Shown in pieces: positions 9,447-18,675 of a stretch of DNA of 37,967 nucleotides (positions are counted from its first letter, which is position 1; every line of letters begins with the position of its first letter). The translations under genes and the position numbers were made by a program. The notes under the pieces are model-generated. The model was not told the origin of the DNA. It made no database searches and worked only from the letters and a program-made list of their open reading frames with translations. Location: assembly GCA_030590175.1 (NCBI GenBank), contig JAUUZE010000003.1, positions 1-37,967 of the forward strand. Direction: 5' to 3'. The stretch is from Clostridia bacterium. Its GTDB lineage: Bacteria > Bacillota > Clostridia > DUPQ01.

Positions 9447-11270
9447 ATGAATGAAAGAAAAAGTTTTTTTGCACCAGTAAAAGCATGGAAATATCTACTA
9501 AGAAGACCAGTTACAATACTTAAAAAAGATATTTTTGAGAATCCTAGAGAAGGTTCAGATATGTATCGTGGTTTTCATCAGAACGACTGGGATAAATGTG
9601 TTGGTTGTGGTACCTGTGAGTCTATATGTCCAACTAATGCTATTAGTATGGTTGAAATTGCATCACTAGAAATAGAAGATGGCAAAAAAAATGAGCGACC
9701 TGGTTTTGATTACGGTCGATGTTCTTTTTGTGCTCTTTGTGTTGATATATGTGTATCAGACTCATTAAAAATGTCAAAAGAATATTTACATTTATCAAAG
9801 GATGCTGAAAGTTTTTACTTTATACCAGATATTAATGGTATTCACAATAATAAAGCAAAACAAGGTTATGTTCGCGATGAAACATCTGAATTGCTTGATT
9901 TAGTGCGAGTGAAAATGGAACATGAAGATGTTAGTAGAAAAAATTCTTTCATAGAAATCGTAAAAGGTTATTCAATGGAAATGGCATTAGCTGAAAGTGC
10001 TAGATGTGTAGAATGTGGTATTTGCACTGATACATGTCCTGCTCACATGAATATACCTGAATACATTAGAAGTATTTATGAAAATGATTTAAAGGGTGCC
10101 ATAACTCATCTATATAAAACTAATCCACTATCAAACGTATGTGGACGAATTTGTACCCACTTATGTGAAGGCGCTTGTTCGTTAGCAATCAGAGGTGAAG
10201 CAATTTCAATAAGATGGTTAAAACGATATATTGTTGATAACACACCTATGGAAGATTATGAAGAGGCTGTATTATCATTTGTTACTGAACCTGTTAATGG
10301 AAAAGTAGGAATTGTAGGCTCTGGACCATCTGGTTTATCAGCAGCTTATTACTTACGTACATTAGGATATGAAGTTGATGTATATGAACAACGTGCAATA
10401 CCAGGTGGTGTTATTAGCTATGGTGGACCTGAATATAGATTACCAGAAGCTAGTGTACAAAAAGATATTTCTATGATTGAAAAAACTGGTGTTAACTTTA
10501 TTACAAATACTAAAGTTGGAACAGATATTACTCTTGCTCAACTAGAAGAAAAGTATGATGCTGTATTTTTAGGAATTGGATTTTCTTTATCTAGAAAATT
10601 AAATATTCCTGGAAACGATCATGGTGATGTGGAATATGCAATTCCATTTTTAGCGCAAACAAGAGACTATTTAAGAGATGTATCTAAAATGCCTGATATT
10701 CATGAAAAAGTTGTTGTTATTGGTGGTGGTAATGTTGCATTTGATGTTGCAAGAACATTATTAAGACTACAGATTGAAAAATATGGTAAAGCTGATGTTA
10801 AAATGGCATCATTAGAACATCGAGATATCTTACCTGCTGACTTAGAAGAGTTAGAAGAAGGGGAAGAAGAAGGAATTATTGGTAGCTTTGGGTATGGACC
10901 AGAAGAGATTGTTATTAAAAATAATAAAATTGTTGGTTTAAAAGTAAACAAAGTATTATCAATCTTTGATGAAGATAATAATTTTAACCCAAGTTATGAC
11001 AAATCTGATAGTCATGTTATAGAGGCAACACAGGTATATATTTCAACAGGACAAATGCCAGAATATGACATGATTACCGATGAAATAAAAGAAAAAATGG
11101 AAATTGTTAGAGGTAAAATAATTACTGCTGAAAATGGCCAAATTGTTAATGTTCCTTGGCTATTTGCAGGTGGTGATATTGTTAGAGGCCCTGATATTAT
11201 TAATGGGGTAGCCAATGGCCATGATTCGGCAGTTGGAATTGATAAGTATTTACAATCTAAAAAGAAATAA
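9447..11270 (+). CDS. mbxN: Mbx subunit N (2x[4Fe-4S], NuoI-like) fused to GltD/NfnB-like FAD-dependent NAD(P)H oxidoreductase
   Basis: CVGCGTCESICP and CSFCALCVDIC; RCVEC..C...CP, CGRIC...CEGAC; GSGPSG, GGGNVAFD, FAGGD. Confidence 0.9.
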   Translation: MNERKSFFAPVKAWKYLLRRPVTILKKDIFENPREGSDMYRGFHQNDWDKCVGCGTCESICPTNAISMVEIASLEIEDGKKNERPGFDYGRCSFCALCVDICVSDSLKMSKEYLHLSKDAESFYFIPDINGIHNNKAKQGYVRDETSELLDLVRVKMEHEDVSRKNSFIEIVKGYSMEMALAESARCVECGICTDTCPAHMNIPEYIRSIYENDLKGAITHLYKTNPLSNVCGRICTHLCEGACSLAIRGEAISIRWLKRYIVDNTPMEDYEEAVLSFVTEPVNGKVGIVGSGPSGLSAAYYLRTLGYEVDVYEQRAIPGGVISYGGPEYRLPEASVQKDISMIEKTGVNFITNTKVGTDITLAQLEEKYDAVFLGIGFSLSRKLNIPGNDHGDVEYAIPFLAQTRDYLRDVSKMPDIHEKVVVIGGGNVAFDVARTLLRLQIEKYGKADVKMASLEHRDILPADLEELEEGEEEGIIGSFGYGPEEIVIKNNKIVGLKVNKVLSIFDEDNNFNPSYDKSDSHVIEATQVYISTGQMPEYDMITDEIKEKMEIVRGKIITAENGQIVNVPWLFAGGDIVRGPDIINGVANGHDSAVGIDKYLQSKKK

Positions 11271-11274
11271 AAAT

Positions 11275-11310
11275 AACAAAACCTCGATATTATACGAGGT
11301 TTTGTTTTGT
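11275..11310 (+). terminator. Intrinsic terminator of mbx operon
   Basis: AACAAAACCTCG-ATATTATA-CGAGGTTTTGTT followed by T-rich tail. Confidence 0.85.
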
Positions 11311-11311
11311 G

Positions 11312-11340
11312 TTTACATATATATTGAAAAGCAATATAAT
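11312..11340 (+). promoter_or_regulatory. Sigma-A promoter
   Basis: TTTACA, 17 bp spacer, TATAAT. Confidence 0.65.
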
Positions 11341-11348
11341 CAAATTAT

Positions 11349-12248
11349 ATGAAAGAGAGTAATATGCATACTATAAAAGCTTATCAACATACATTGAATA
11401 AAACAATCAATATACAAAACGCATTAGTTTCTTGGCAATCATATAGTGATGAGATGTATAAAATTTATAAACCCTATCTTTTAAATAAAAAAGTAATAAT
11501 AATTGGAGCAGGACATATAACAGATTTTCCAATGGAAAAAATTCTTAATCAAGTTACAAGCATTTCGCTATATGATATTGATAAAGAGGCCATGTCGTTA
11601 GGGTTAAAAGCACAAAATATTAGTAGTAATAAGGTAACCTTTATAACCAAAGATATTACATGTCTAGATGATGTTGGTTTTTATAAACAAGTAATCTTGT
11701 TATTACAAGCTAAAGATTTAGAAGGCATAAAGAGGTTTTTTAGAATAGTAAGCCATATGAACATTGATGTTTCAATCGATTCAAAATATGATTTACTTAT
11801 TATTTCTCCGTTTTATACCCAATTATTATTACCACAATACTTAGCTTATCTTAATGAATTTATTGAAGATACCCTACATAATGAGTACATAGAACCCTTA
11901 TTATCATTATTAAGTTTATTTATTGATAAAATTAATAATCAATTACTTTTTTGTCTAAATGAAAGTGGTAAAATAATTGTAATAAGTGATTACTTAGAAT
12001 TTATGCTAGATGATTCTAAGTATATTGCATTAAAAAATAAAAATAATCAATCTTCTATTGATAAATATTATGAAGATTACTTGATGAAGTATGGACAAGG
12101 GCTTGGTCCGTATGGACTAGAGGACTTAGTTGAAAAGACAAGATTAATTCATCAATCATGGCACTGGTGGCCATTTAATGGAGAAAAAGAACTTTTAGTG
12201 AAAATAGGTATTATGGGAAAAATGAAAGTAGAAGAAAATGACATATAG
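11349..12248 (+). CDS. Hypothetical protein with Rossmann/class I SAM-methyltransferase-like N-terminus (start may be 11364)
   Basis: VIIIGAG..D, LYDID, KDIT motif spacing. Confidence 0.55.
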   Translation: MKESNMHTIKAYQHTLNKTINIQNALVSWQSYSDEMYKIYKPYLLNKKVIIIGAGHITDFPMEKILNQVTSISLYDIDKEAMSLGLKAQNISSNKVTFITKDITCLDDVGFYKQVILLLQAKDLEGIKRFFRIVSHMNIDVSIDSKYDLLIISPFYTQLLLPQYLAYLNEFIEDTLHNEYIEPLLSLLSLFIDKINNQLLFCLNESGKIIVISDYLEFMLDDSKYIALKNKNNQSSIDKYYEDYLMKYGQGLGPYGLEDLVEKTRLIHQSWHWWPFNGEKELLVKIGIMGKMKVEENDI

Positions 12249-13455
12249 TGCTATTAGAAAACTATCAGGAACTTATGATGGTAAAAAGGTTACGTTGCAA
12301 TTTTATCGTTCACAGCGAGCTAGTAAATCAAATAAACCTATTGTGTTTACTATTTTTCGTCAGATTTGTAATGATTTTTTATTTGGACGTGATTATGAAG
12401 AATTTGCATATTCACTAGACATTAAAGATGCAACAGTAATTTATGAAGGAATATTACAAGTTGATGTTGATATTAGTTTTTATACGTATGAAGATAAAGA
12501 TGTAAAAGAAGGGATTACCTATGCATACTATATAGGGTCACTTTTAAATGATATTGTATATGGACCCCTATTAATTAAACCGCGAAATCAGAAATTATGG
12601 TTACCATATGAAACAATAAAAAGCGAATTATCACAATTGGCTTGTGATTATCCTGATTTAGTTAAAATATCAAACCATGGTCATTCAGTTTTAGGAAGAG
12701 ATATTGACAGTATTACAATTGGAAATCGTCAACATATTAAGCTTGGGTTTGTAGGACTTATTCATGCTGGTGAGTCAGGACCAGAGTTAATGCTTTATAC
12801 CATAAAAAAATTATTAAAGTCGCAATCTTCATTACTTAAAAAAATTGGATTATCTTTTTTAGTAAATGCTAATCCTGATCAACGAGAAAAACAAGTTAAA
12901 GGTGTACCATGGTATTTGAGAAAGAATGCAAATGGTGTGGATTTAAATAGAAATTTTGATGCACAATTTGATATAGTAGAATTAGGGTATGGCTTTAGAA
13001 CAGATGTTTTAACATCTCCTACCTATAGAGGGAAAAATCCTGAATCAGAACCTGAAACTAAAGCACTAATTGATTTTATTGAATTTGCTATGCCACAAGT
13101 TGTATTTGTTTTTCACAGTCTATCAAGTATATGTACTGATAGCTTTTTATTGTCTAAATATTCTAAAGATGATACGTTATATATTAATAAATGTATGAAG
13201 TACCTTAAACCTTATACAAAAGGGTTTGGTGTTAAAAAGAAACCTTCTATTTACTTTGGTACTAGTTATGGTTCGTTACCTCATTATCTATATAAAAAGT
13301 ATGGTATTCCTGCCTTTGATATGGAATTAGGAGAGGTAGATGATGAAACAAAACAGATGGTTATTCATGATAATGTAACTAATCAATTAATGGAATATTA
13401 TCAAGAGAGACACTATCAAGGAATAAGCGAGGTAATAAAATCATGTATATCGTAG
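12238..13455 (+). CDS. M14 family zinc carboxypeptidase with N-terminal extension
   Basis: HAGE, NPD, RKNANGVDLNRNF, SEPET, FH motifs. Confidence 0.88.
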   Translation: MTYSAIRKLSGTYDGKKVTLQFYRSQRASKSNKPIVFTIFRQICNDFLFGRDYEEFAYSLDIKDATVIYEGILQVDVDISFYTYEDKDVKEGITYAYYIGSLLNDIVYGPLLIKPRNQKLWLPYETIKSELSQLACDYPDLVKISNHGHSVLGRDIDSITIGNRQHIKLGFVGLIHAGESGPELMLYTIKKLLKSQSSLLKKIGLSFLVNANPDQREKQVKGVPWYLRKNANGVDLNRNFDAQFDIVELGYGFRTDVLTSPTYRGKNPESEPETKALIDFIEFAMPQVVFVFHSLSSICTDSFLLSKYSKDDTLYINKCMKYLKPYTKGFGVKKKPSIYFGTSYGSLPHYLYKKYGIPAFDMELGEVDDETKQMVIHDNVTNQLMEYYQERHYQGISEVIKSCIS

Positions 13456-14363
13456 ATGGTCATTGTGATACTTTGTTAGCATTACAAGAAAAAAAAGAGA
13501 CACTTAAAGAGAATTCATTACAAATTAGTCTAAATAGAATAAAAAAAACTAGTAGTGACTATTTGCAATTTTATGCAGTTTTTGTATCTCCTAGCATTAA
13601 AGGTTTAGAAGCAATTAATCAATATAAGAATATGGTTAGTATTTTACAAAATGAATGTGAAAAAAATAATATACCTAGGATATTAACAAAAAGTGATTTA
13701 AATTTTAAAGGACATGGGGCATTATTATCAGTTGAGGGTCTATATTTCCTAGATGAAAAACAAATAACTTTAGATGACTTATATAAGGATGGAGTTAGGT
13801 GTTTATCTATGACATGGAATGGTAGTAACTCATATGCTGGAGGAGTGTTAGGTAAATTATCTCATGGGCTAACTAAAAAAGGGGCGAACCTAGTTAAAAA
13901 AGCTGAAAAATTAGGAATTATTCTTGATGTATCGCACTTAGATGATAGAAGTTTTTATGATTTAAGTGAAATATCTTCTAACCCTTTTGTAGCTACTCAC
14001 TCAAATGCGCGTGCAATATGTGAAAATAGCAGAAATTTAACTGATGACATGTTAGTTACACTAAAAAAACATGGTGGTTTAGCTGGTATAAATATGTATG
14101 GACGATTTTTAAAAGAACAAGGTGATACTTCAGTAGTTGATGTAATTAGACATATTGAACATATTTGTACAGTGGCATCTGTAGATACAGTAGGTTTTGG
14201 GACTGACTTTGATGGGATACCAAGGGAACACTCAGCAATTGATAGTCCTATTGCATTAATTGCTGTTTTAGAGCAATTAGCGATACTTAATTATACACAA
14301 GAGCAAATTGATAAAATCGCTGGTGGTAACTATTTACGTGTCTTAACAAGAGTGCTTAAATAA
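13443..14363 (+). CDS. M19 membrane (renal) dipeptidase family protein
   Basis: DGHCD, VEG, LDVSH, THSN, GTDFDG, GGN. Confidence 0.92.
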   Translation: MYIVDGHCDTLLALQEKKETLKENSLQISLNRIKKTSSDYLQFYAVFVSPSIKGLEAINQYKNMVSILQNECEKNNIPRILTKSDLNFKGHGALLSVEGLYFLDEKQITLDDLYKDGVRCLSMTWNGSNSYAGGVLGKLSHGLTKKGANLVKKAEKLGIILDVSHLDDRSFYDLSEISSNPFVATHSNARAICENSRNLTDDMLVTLKKHGGLAGINMYGRFLKEQGDTSVVDVIRHIEHICTVASVDTVGFGTDFDGIPREHSAIDSPIALIAVLEQLAILNYTQEQIDKIAGGNYLRVLTRVLK

Positions 14364-14371
14364 TAAAATTA

Positions 14372-14380
14372 TGGTACAAT
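14372..14380 (+). promoter_or_regulatory. Possible internal extended -10 promoter for nadE
   Basis: TG-G-TACAAT in the 31-bp gap before nadE. Confidence 0.4.
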
Positions 14381-14394
14381 ACCCATGAGGTATT

Positions 14395-16314
14395 ATGATG
14401 AATTATGGATATGTCAAAGTAGGGACCTACTCACCAGAAATGAAAATTGCAAATTGTCAGTACAATAGTGCTGTCATAATAAAAGCTGTAAAAGAATATG
14501 ATGGACAACTATCATATTTGCTTTTTCCAGAACTTAGTGTAACAGGGTATTCTTGTGGAGATTTGTTCTTTTCACAGCATTTATTAGATCAAGCGCAATT
14601 ACAATTAGAAAATATTTCTAAAAGCACCAAATATAGCAACATGGTTATTATATTTGGAATGCCAATACGTCACAAAAATCAATTATTTAATGTGGCAATT
14701 GTTATGCAATCAGGAAAAATACTAGGTGTAGTTCCAAAATCATATATACCAAACTATGCTGAGTTTTACGAAGAACGATGGTTTTCATCAGGAAAAGATC
14801 TTAATGAAAGTATCTCACTACTTGGCAATGATGTTCCTTTTTCGCCTAATACAATATTTAAAGCAATAGGTAATGAGAAAGCTTCTTTTGCCATTGAAAT
14901 ATGTGAAGATTTATGGGCAGGTATTCCACCTAGTTCATATCATGTTAAAAAAGGTGCTCATATGATTTTTAACTTGTCTGCTAGTAATGAACTAGTTGGT
15001 AAGGTAGATTATAGAAAGCAATTAGTTATAGGGCAGTCAGCTAGTGGGATATGTGGCTATATTTATTGTTCAGCGGGTCCTAATGAATCATCTACTGATT
15101 TGGTATATGGTGGTCACACATTAATAGCTGAAAATGGTAGATTACTTGCTAAAGGGAAACGATTCTCATTTGAATCAACAATAACTATAGGTGAGATTGA
15201 TTTATCACTATTAGCCCATGATCGTATGAAAAATACAGTATATATGGAAGATGATATTTCACTATCTTATCAATATGCTTCATATAATTTAGAAGAGTTA
15301 ACTATTACAAAACTAATAAGACAAATAAATAAAACACCTTTTGTACCATCAGATGAAAGAAAACTACATCAAAGATGTGAAGAGATATTTGCAATACAAG
15401 CAACTGGATTGGCCAGAAGAATTAGCCACATTGGTTGTAAAAAAGTAGTTTTGGCCATTTCAGGAGGTTTAGATTCCACCTTAGCCTTATTAGTAACAAA
15501 TAAAGCATTTGAAAAACTTGGGTTGGATAAAAAAGGTATTATTGCAATTACTATGCCAGGTTTTGGTACTACTAATAGGACATATGATAATGCTGTGGCA
15601 TTAATTAAAGAAGTGGGAGCTACTTTTAGAGAAATTGACATTAAAAAAGCGTGTTTATCTCATTTTGAAGATATAGGACATGACCCATCAATTCATGATA
15701 CTACATATGAAAATGTACAAGCTAGAGAACGTTATCAAATCGCCATGGATATCGCTAATAAAGAAAATGGTATTGTGGTAGGTACTGGTGATTTAAGTGA
15801 ATTAGCACTTGGATGGTGTACATATAATGGAGATCATATGTCTATGTATAACGTCAATTGTTCTATACCAAAAACACTTGTTAAATATTTAATTGATTAT
15901 GTTAAAAATTTCGAAGTTGATAAACATGCAAGTAATATTTTATCTAGTATAATGGACACTCCTATATCACCTGAACTATTACCACCAGATAATGATGGAA
16001 ATATATCTCAAAAAACAGAGGATATTTTAGGACCTTATGAAGTCCATGATTTTTACTTATATAACATGATAAGAAAAGGATTTAGCCCTAAAAAATTATT
16101 ATTCTTAGGAAAACAAGCTTTCTTAGAAGTGTATCATGAAGATGATTTGAAGAAGTGGCTAATAATTTTCATAAAACGATTTTTTACTCATCAATTTAAA
16201 CGTTCTTGTATTCCTGATGGTCCAAAAGTTGGTTCTATTAATTTATCTCCAAGAGGAGATTGGAGAATGCCATCTGACGTCAGTGCAAAATCTTGGCTTG
16301 ATGAATTGGAGTAA
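14395..16314 (+). CDS. nadE: Glutamine-dependent NAD+ synthetase
   Basis: Nitrilase domain (FPEL, EICEDLW) plus SGGLDST, ENVQAR, GTGDLSE, KRSCIPDGPKVG. Confidence 0.96.
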   Translation: MMNYGYVKVGTYSPEMKIANCQYNSAVIIKAVKEYDGQLSYLLFPELSVTGYSCGDLFFSQHLLDQAQLQLENISKSTKYSNMVIIFGMPIRHKNQLFNVAIVMQSGKILGVVPKSYIPNYAEFYEERWFSSGKDLNESISLLGNDVPFSPNTIFKAIGNEKASFAIEICEDLWAGIPPSSYHVKKGAHMIFNLSASNELVGKVDYRKQLVIGQSASGICGYIYCSAGPNESSTDLVYGGHTLIAENGRLLAKGKRFSFESTITIGEIDLSLLAHDRMKNTVYMEDDISLSYQYASYNLEELTITKLIRQINKTPFVPSDERKLHQRCEEIFAIQATGLARRISHIGCKKVVLAISGGLDSTLALLVTNKAFEKLGLDKKGIIAITMPGFGTTNRTYDNAVALIKEVGATFREIDIKKACLSHFEDIGHDPSIHDTTYENVQARERYQIAMDIANKENGIVVGTGDLSELALGWCTYNGDHMSMYNVNCSIPKTLVKYLIDYVKNFEVDKHASNILSSIMDTPISPELLPPDNDGNISQKTEDILGPYEVHDFYLYNMIRKGFSPKKLLFLGKQAFLEVYHEDDLKKWLIIFIKRFFTHQFKRSCIPDGPKVGSINLSPRGDWRMPSDVSAKSWLDELE

Positions 16315-16318
16315 TTAA

Positions 16319-17308
16319 ATGGATATAATAACTATCAGATTAAGTGATAATAAACTGATTATGTTAGATCAAAGAAAATTACCGTTAGAAATTTCATATT
16401 ACATTGCTAAAACTAAAGAAGAAGTTTTTTATGCTATTAAAGAAATGGTTGTAAGAGGTGCACCGCTAATTGGTGTAACCGCAGCTTATGGTATGTATAT
16501 TTCATATTTAAATGGTGAAAACTTAGAAGAAGTTGCAGATTATCTAGCTAAAGCAAGACCAACTGCTGTTAATCTTACATGGGCAATTGATAAAATGATG
16601 AAGGCTCATTATGAAGAACGAGGTCTTTTAGAACAAGCAAAAGCAATACATCAAGAAGATGTGGATACGAATTTTTCTATTGGTAATCATTTAATAAAAT
16701 TATTAGGGAAGAAGCGTAATATTTTAACACATTGTAATGCAGGTATATTAGCTACAACAAAATATGGGACAGCTACTTCACCATTTTATATTGGAAAAGA
16801 TTTAGGTATAAATTACAAAGTTTATGCAGATGAAACTAGGCCACGATTACAAGGTGCTAGCTTAACAGCTTTTGAATTAATGGAATCAGGAATTGATGTA
16901 ACTGTTATTACTGATAATATGGCAGCCTATCTAATGAGCAAAGGTTTAATTGAAGCTGTTATTACAGGTTGTGATAGAGTAGCTGCAAATGGTGATGTAG
17001 CAAATAAAATTGGTACATTAAATGTATCTATTATTGCTAAATATTATAATATTCCCATGTATATTGCTGCACCTTCATCAACTATTGATATGTCTCTAAA
17101 AAGTGGTGAGTTAATACCTATTGAAGAGCGAGAGTCTTGGGAAGTTACTAGTCGTTTTGGTAAACAAATGACACCTAATGAGACTAAAGTCCTAAATCCT
17201 GCATTTGATATAACACCAGCTTGTAATATAACCGCTATTGTTACTGAAAAAGGGATAATCTATCCACCATATAGTAAAAACCTAAAGGAGCAATATGAAC
17301 AAAGTTGA
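16319..17308 (+). CDS. mtnA: S-methyl-5-thioribose-1-phosphate isomerase
   Basis: LDQRKLP, MVVRGAP, RPTAVNL, THCNAG, ETRP.LQG, NKIGT, NPAFD. Confidence 0.95.
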   Translation: MDIITIRLSDNKLIMLDQRKLPLEISYYIAKTKEEVFYAIKEMVVRGAPLIGVTAAYGMYISYLNGENLEEVADYLAKARPTAVNLTWAIDKMMKAHYEERGLLEQAKAIHQEDVDTNFSIGNHLIKLLGKKRNILTHCNAGILATTKYGTATSPFYIGKDLGINYKVYADETRPRLQGASLTAFELMESGIDVTVITDNMAAYLMSKGLIEAVITGCDRVAANGDVANKIGTLNVSIIAKYYNIPMYIAAPSSTIDMSLKSGELIPIEERESWEVTSRFGKQMTPNETKVLNPAFDITPACNITAIVTEKGIIYPPYSKNLKEQYEQS

Positions 17309-18038
17309 TATAAATTGTGATATGGGTGAAGGTGGATTATTTGATGAATCCATTATGAAATATATTAAAAGTGCAAATATTGCCTGTGGATATCATGCAG
17401 GTAATGAAGAAATAATGAAAAAAACAATTTATATGGCAAAGGAACAAAATGTTATTGTAGGCGCACACCCTGGGTATGATGATTTAGAAAATTTTGGTCG
17501 TAAAGAATTAAATTATGAATACGATTTAGTTATTGCCATTGTGCTTCAACAATTACATACATTTTATAAAATAGCCTGTGCAGAAGGTGCAAGTATGGCT
17601 TATGTGAAATTACATGGAGCCTTATACAATAGAGTAGCAGATGATGATAAATTAGCAGAAAAATTGCTTTACTATATAACCTTAGAATATCCTGGAATTT
17701 CTTTTTTATCATTAGCGTTATCTCCAATGCAACGTGTTGCAGAGAAAATGGGGATTTCTTGTTATCATGAAGTATTTGCAGATCGTGCATATGAAAATGA
17801 TGGTACATTAGTTTCTAGAAGCAAAAAGGGCGCAATTATTACTGATGTAGATGATGTGAAAAAGCGAGTATATCAGATGGTATCAGAGCAAACAGTAAAT
17901 AGTATTAACTTAAAAGACATTCCAATTATTTGTCAATCAATATGTGTTCACGGTGACTCTTTACAAGCGCTATCTTTGTGTCAGGGTATTTATGAACATC
18001 TATCATTAAAAGGAGTAATTATTGAAAGTTACATGTGA
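17295..18038 (+). CDS. pxpA: 5-oxoprolinase subunit A (LamB/YcsF)
   Basis: DINCDMGE, SANIACGYHAG, GAHP, KLHGALYN, FADRAY, CVHGD. Confidence 0.95.
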   Translation: MNKVDINCDMGEGGLFDESIMKYIKSANIACGYHAGNEEIMKKTIYMAKEQNVIVGAHPGYDDLENFGRKELNYEYDLVIAIVLQQLHTFYKIACAEGASMAYVKLHGALYNRVADDDKLAEKLLYYITLEYPGISFLSLALSPMQRVAEKMGISCYHEVFADRAYENDGTLVSRSKKGAIITDVDDVKKRVYQMVSEQTVNSINLKDIPIICQSICVHGDSLQALSLCQGIYEHLSLKGVIIESYM

Positions 18039-18675
18039 ATATGCAAAGATGGGAAGTAATCATGTATTTGTGCGATTTTCTCATGTGATAGATAAATTAA
18101 TTAATCAACAAATTCGCCAGGTATATCAAACACTGATTACAAAACAACCACTAGGGTTTATTGAAGCATATTTTGCTTATGGCAGCTTAACTGTTCAATT
18201 TGATTTAACAATTACTACTTATAAAGCCATGAAAAAAGCTATTTCTCTTATTATTAGTGATACAACTATAACGAAAGTTACAAGTGGAAATGAAGTTATT
18301 ATTCCAGTTACTTATAATAACGAAACAGGACTTGATTTAGATTATGCAAGTGATTACTTAAAATTATCAAAAGATGAAATTATTGATATTCATAGCAGTG
18401 GCCAATATTTGGTATATATGATTGGTTTTTTACCTGGGTTTTGTTATTTAGGTGGGCTAGACAAAAGAATCCATATACCAAGAAAAAAGACACCGCGATT
18501 AATAGTACCAAAAGGAAGTGTGGGCATAGCAGCTTCACAAACGGGTGTATATCCTTTAGATAGTCCAGGAGGTTGGCAGATTATTGGTCGAACAAACCTA
18601 AAACTATATAAACCATATGACAAATCGCCATTCTTAATACTACCAGGTGACAAAGTGAGGTTTATTAAAAAATGA
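18022..18675 (+). CDS. pxpB: 5-oxoprolinase subunit B (KipI-like)
   Basis: GFLPGFCYL, PR..VPKGSVGIA, SPGGWQIIGRT; TTG start after AAGGAG. Confidence 0.93.
   Translation: MKVTCEYAKMGSNHVFVRFSHVIDKLINQQIRQVYQTLITKQPLGFIEAYFAYGSLTVQFDLTITTYKAMKKAISLIISDTTITKVTSGNEVIIPVTYNNETGLDLDYASDYLKLSKDEIIDIHSSGQYLVYMIGFLPGFCYLGGLDKRIHIPRKKTPRLIVPKGSVGIAASQTGVYPLDSPGGWQIIGRTNLKLYKPYDKSPFLILPGDKVRFIKK

Noticed and set aside
9447-11270. Glutamate synthase small subunit (gltD)
   Set aside because: No gltB nearby, fused to a NuoI-like domain and closes the mbx operon
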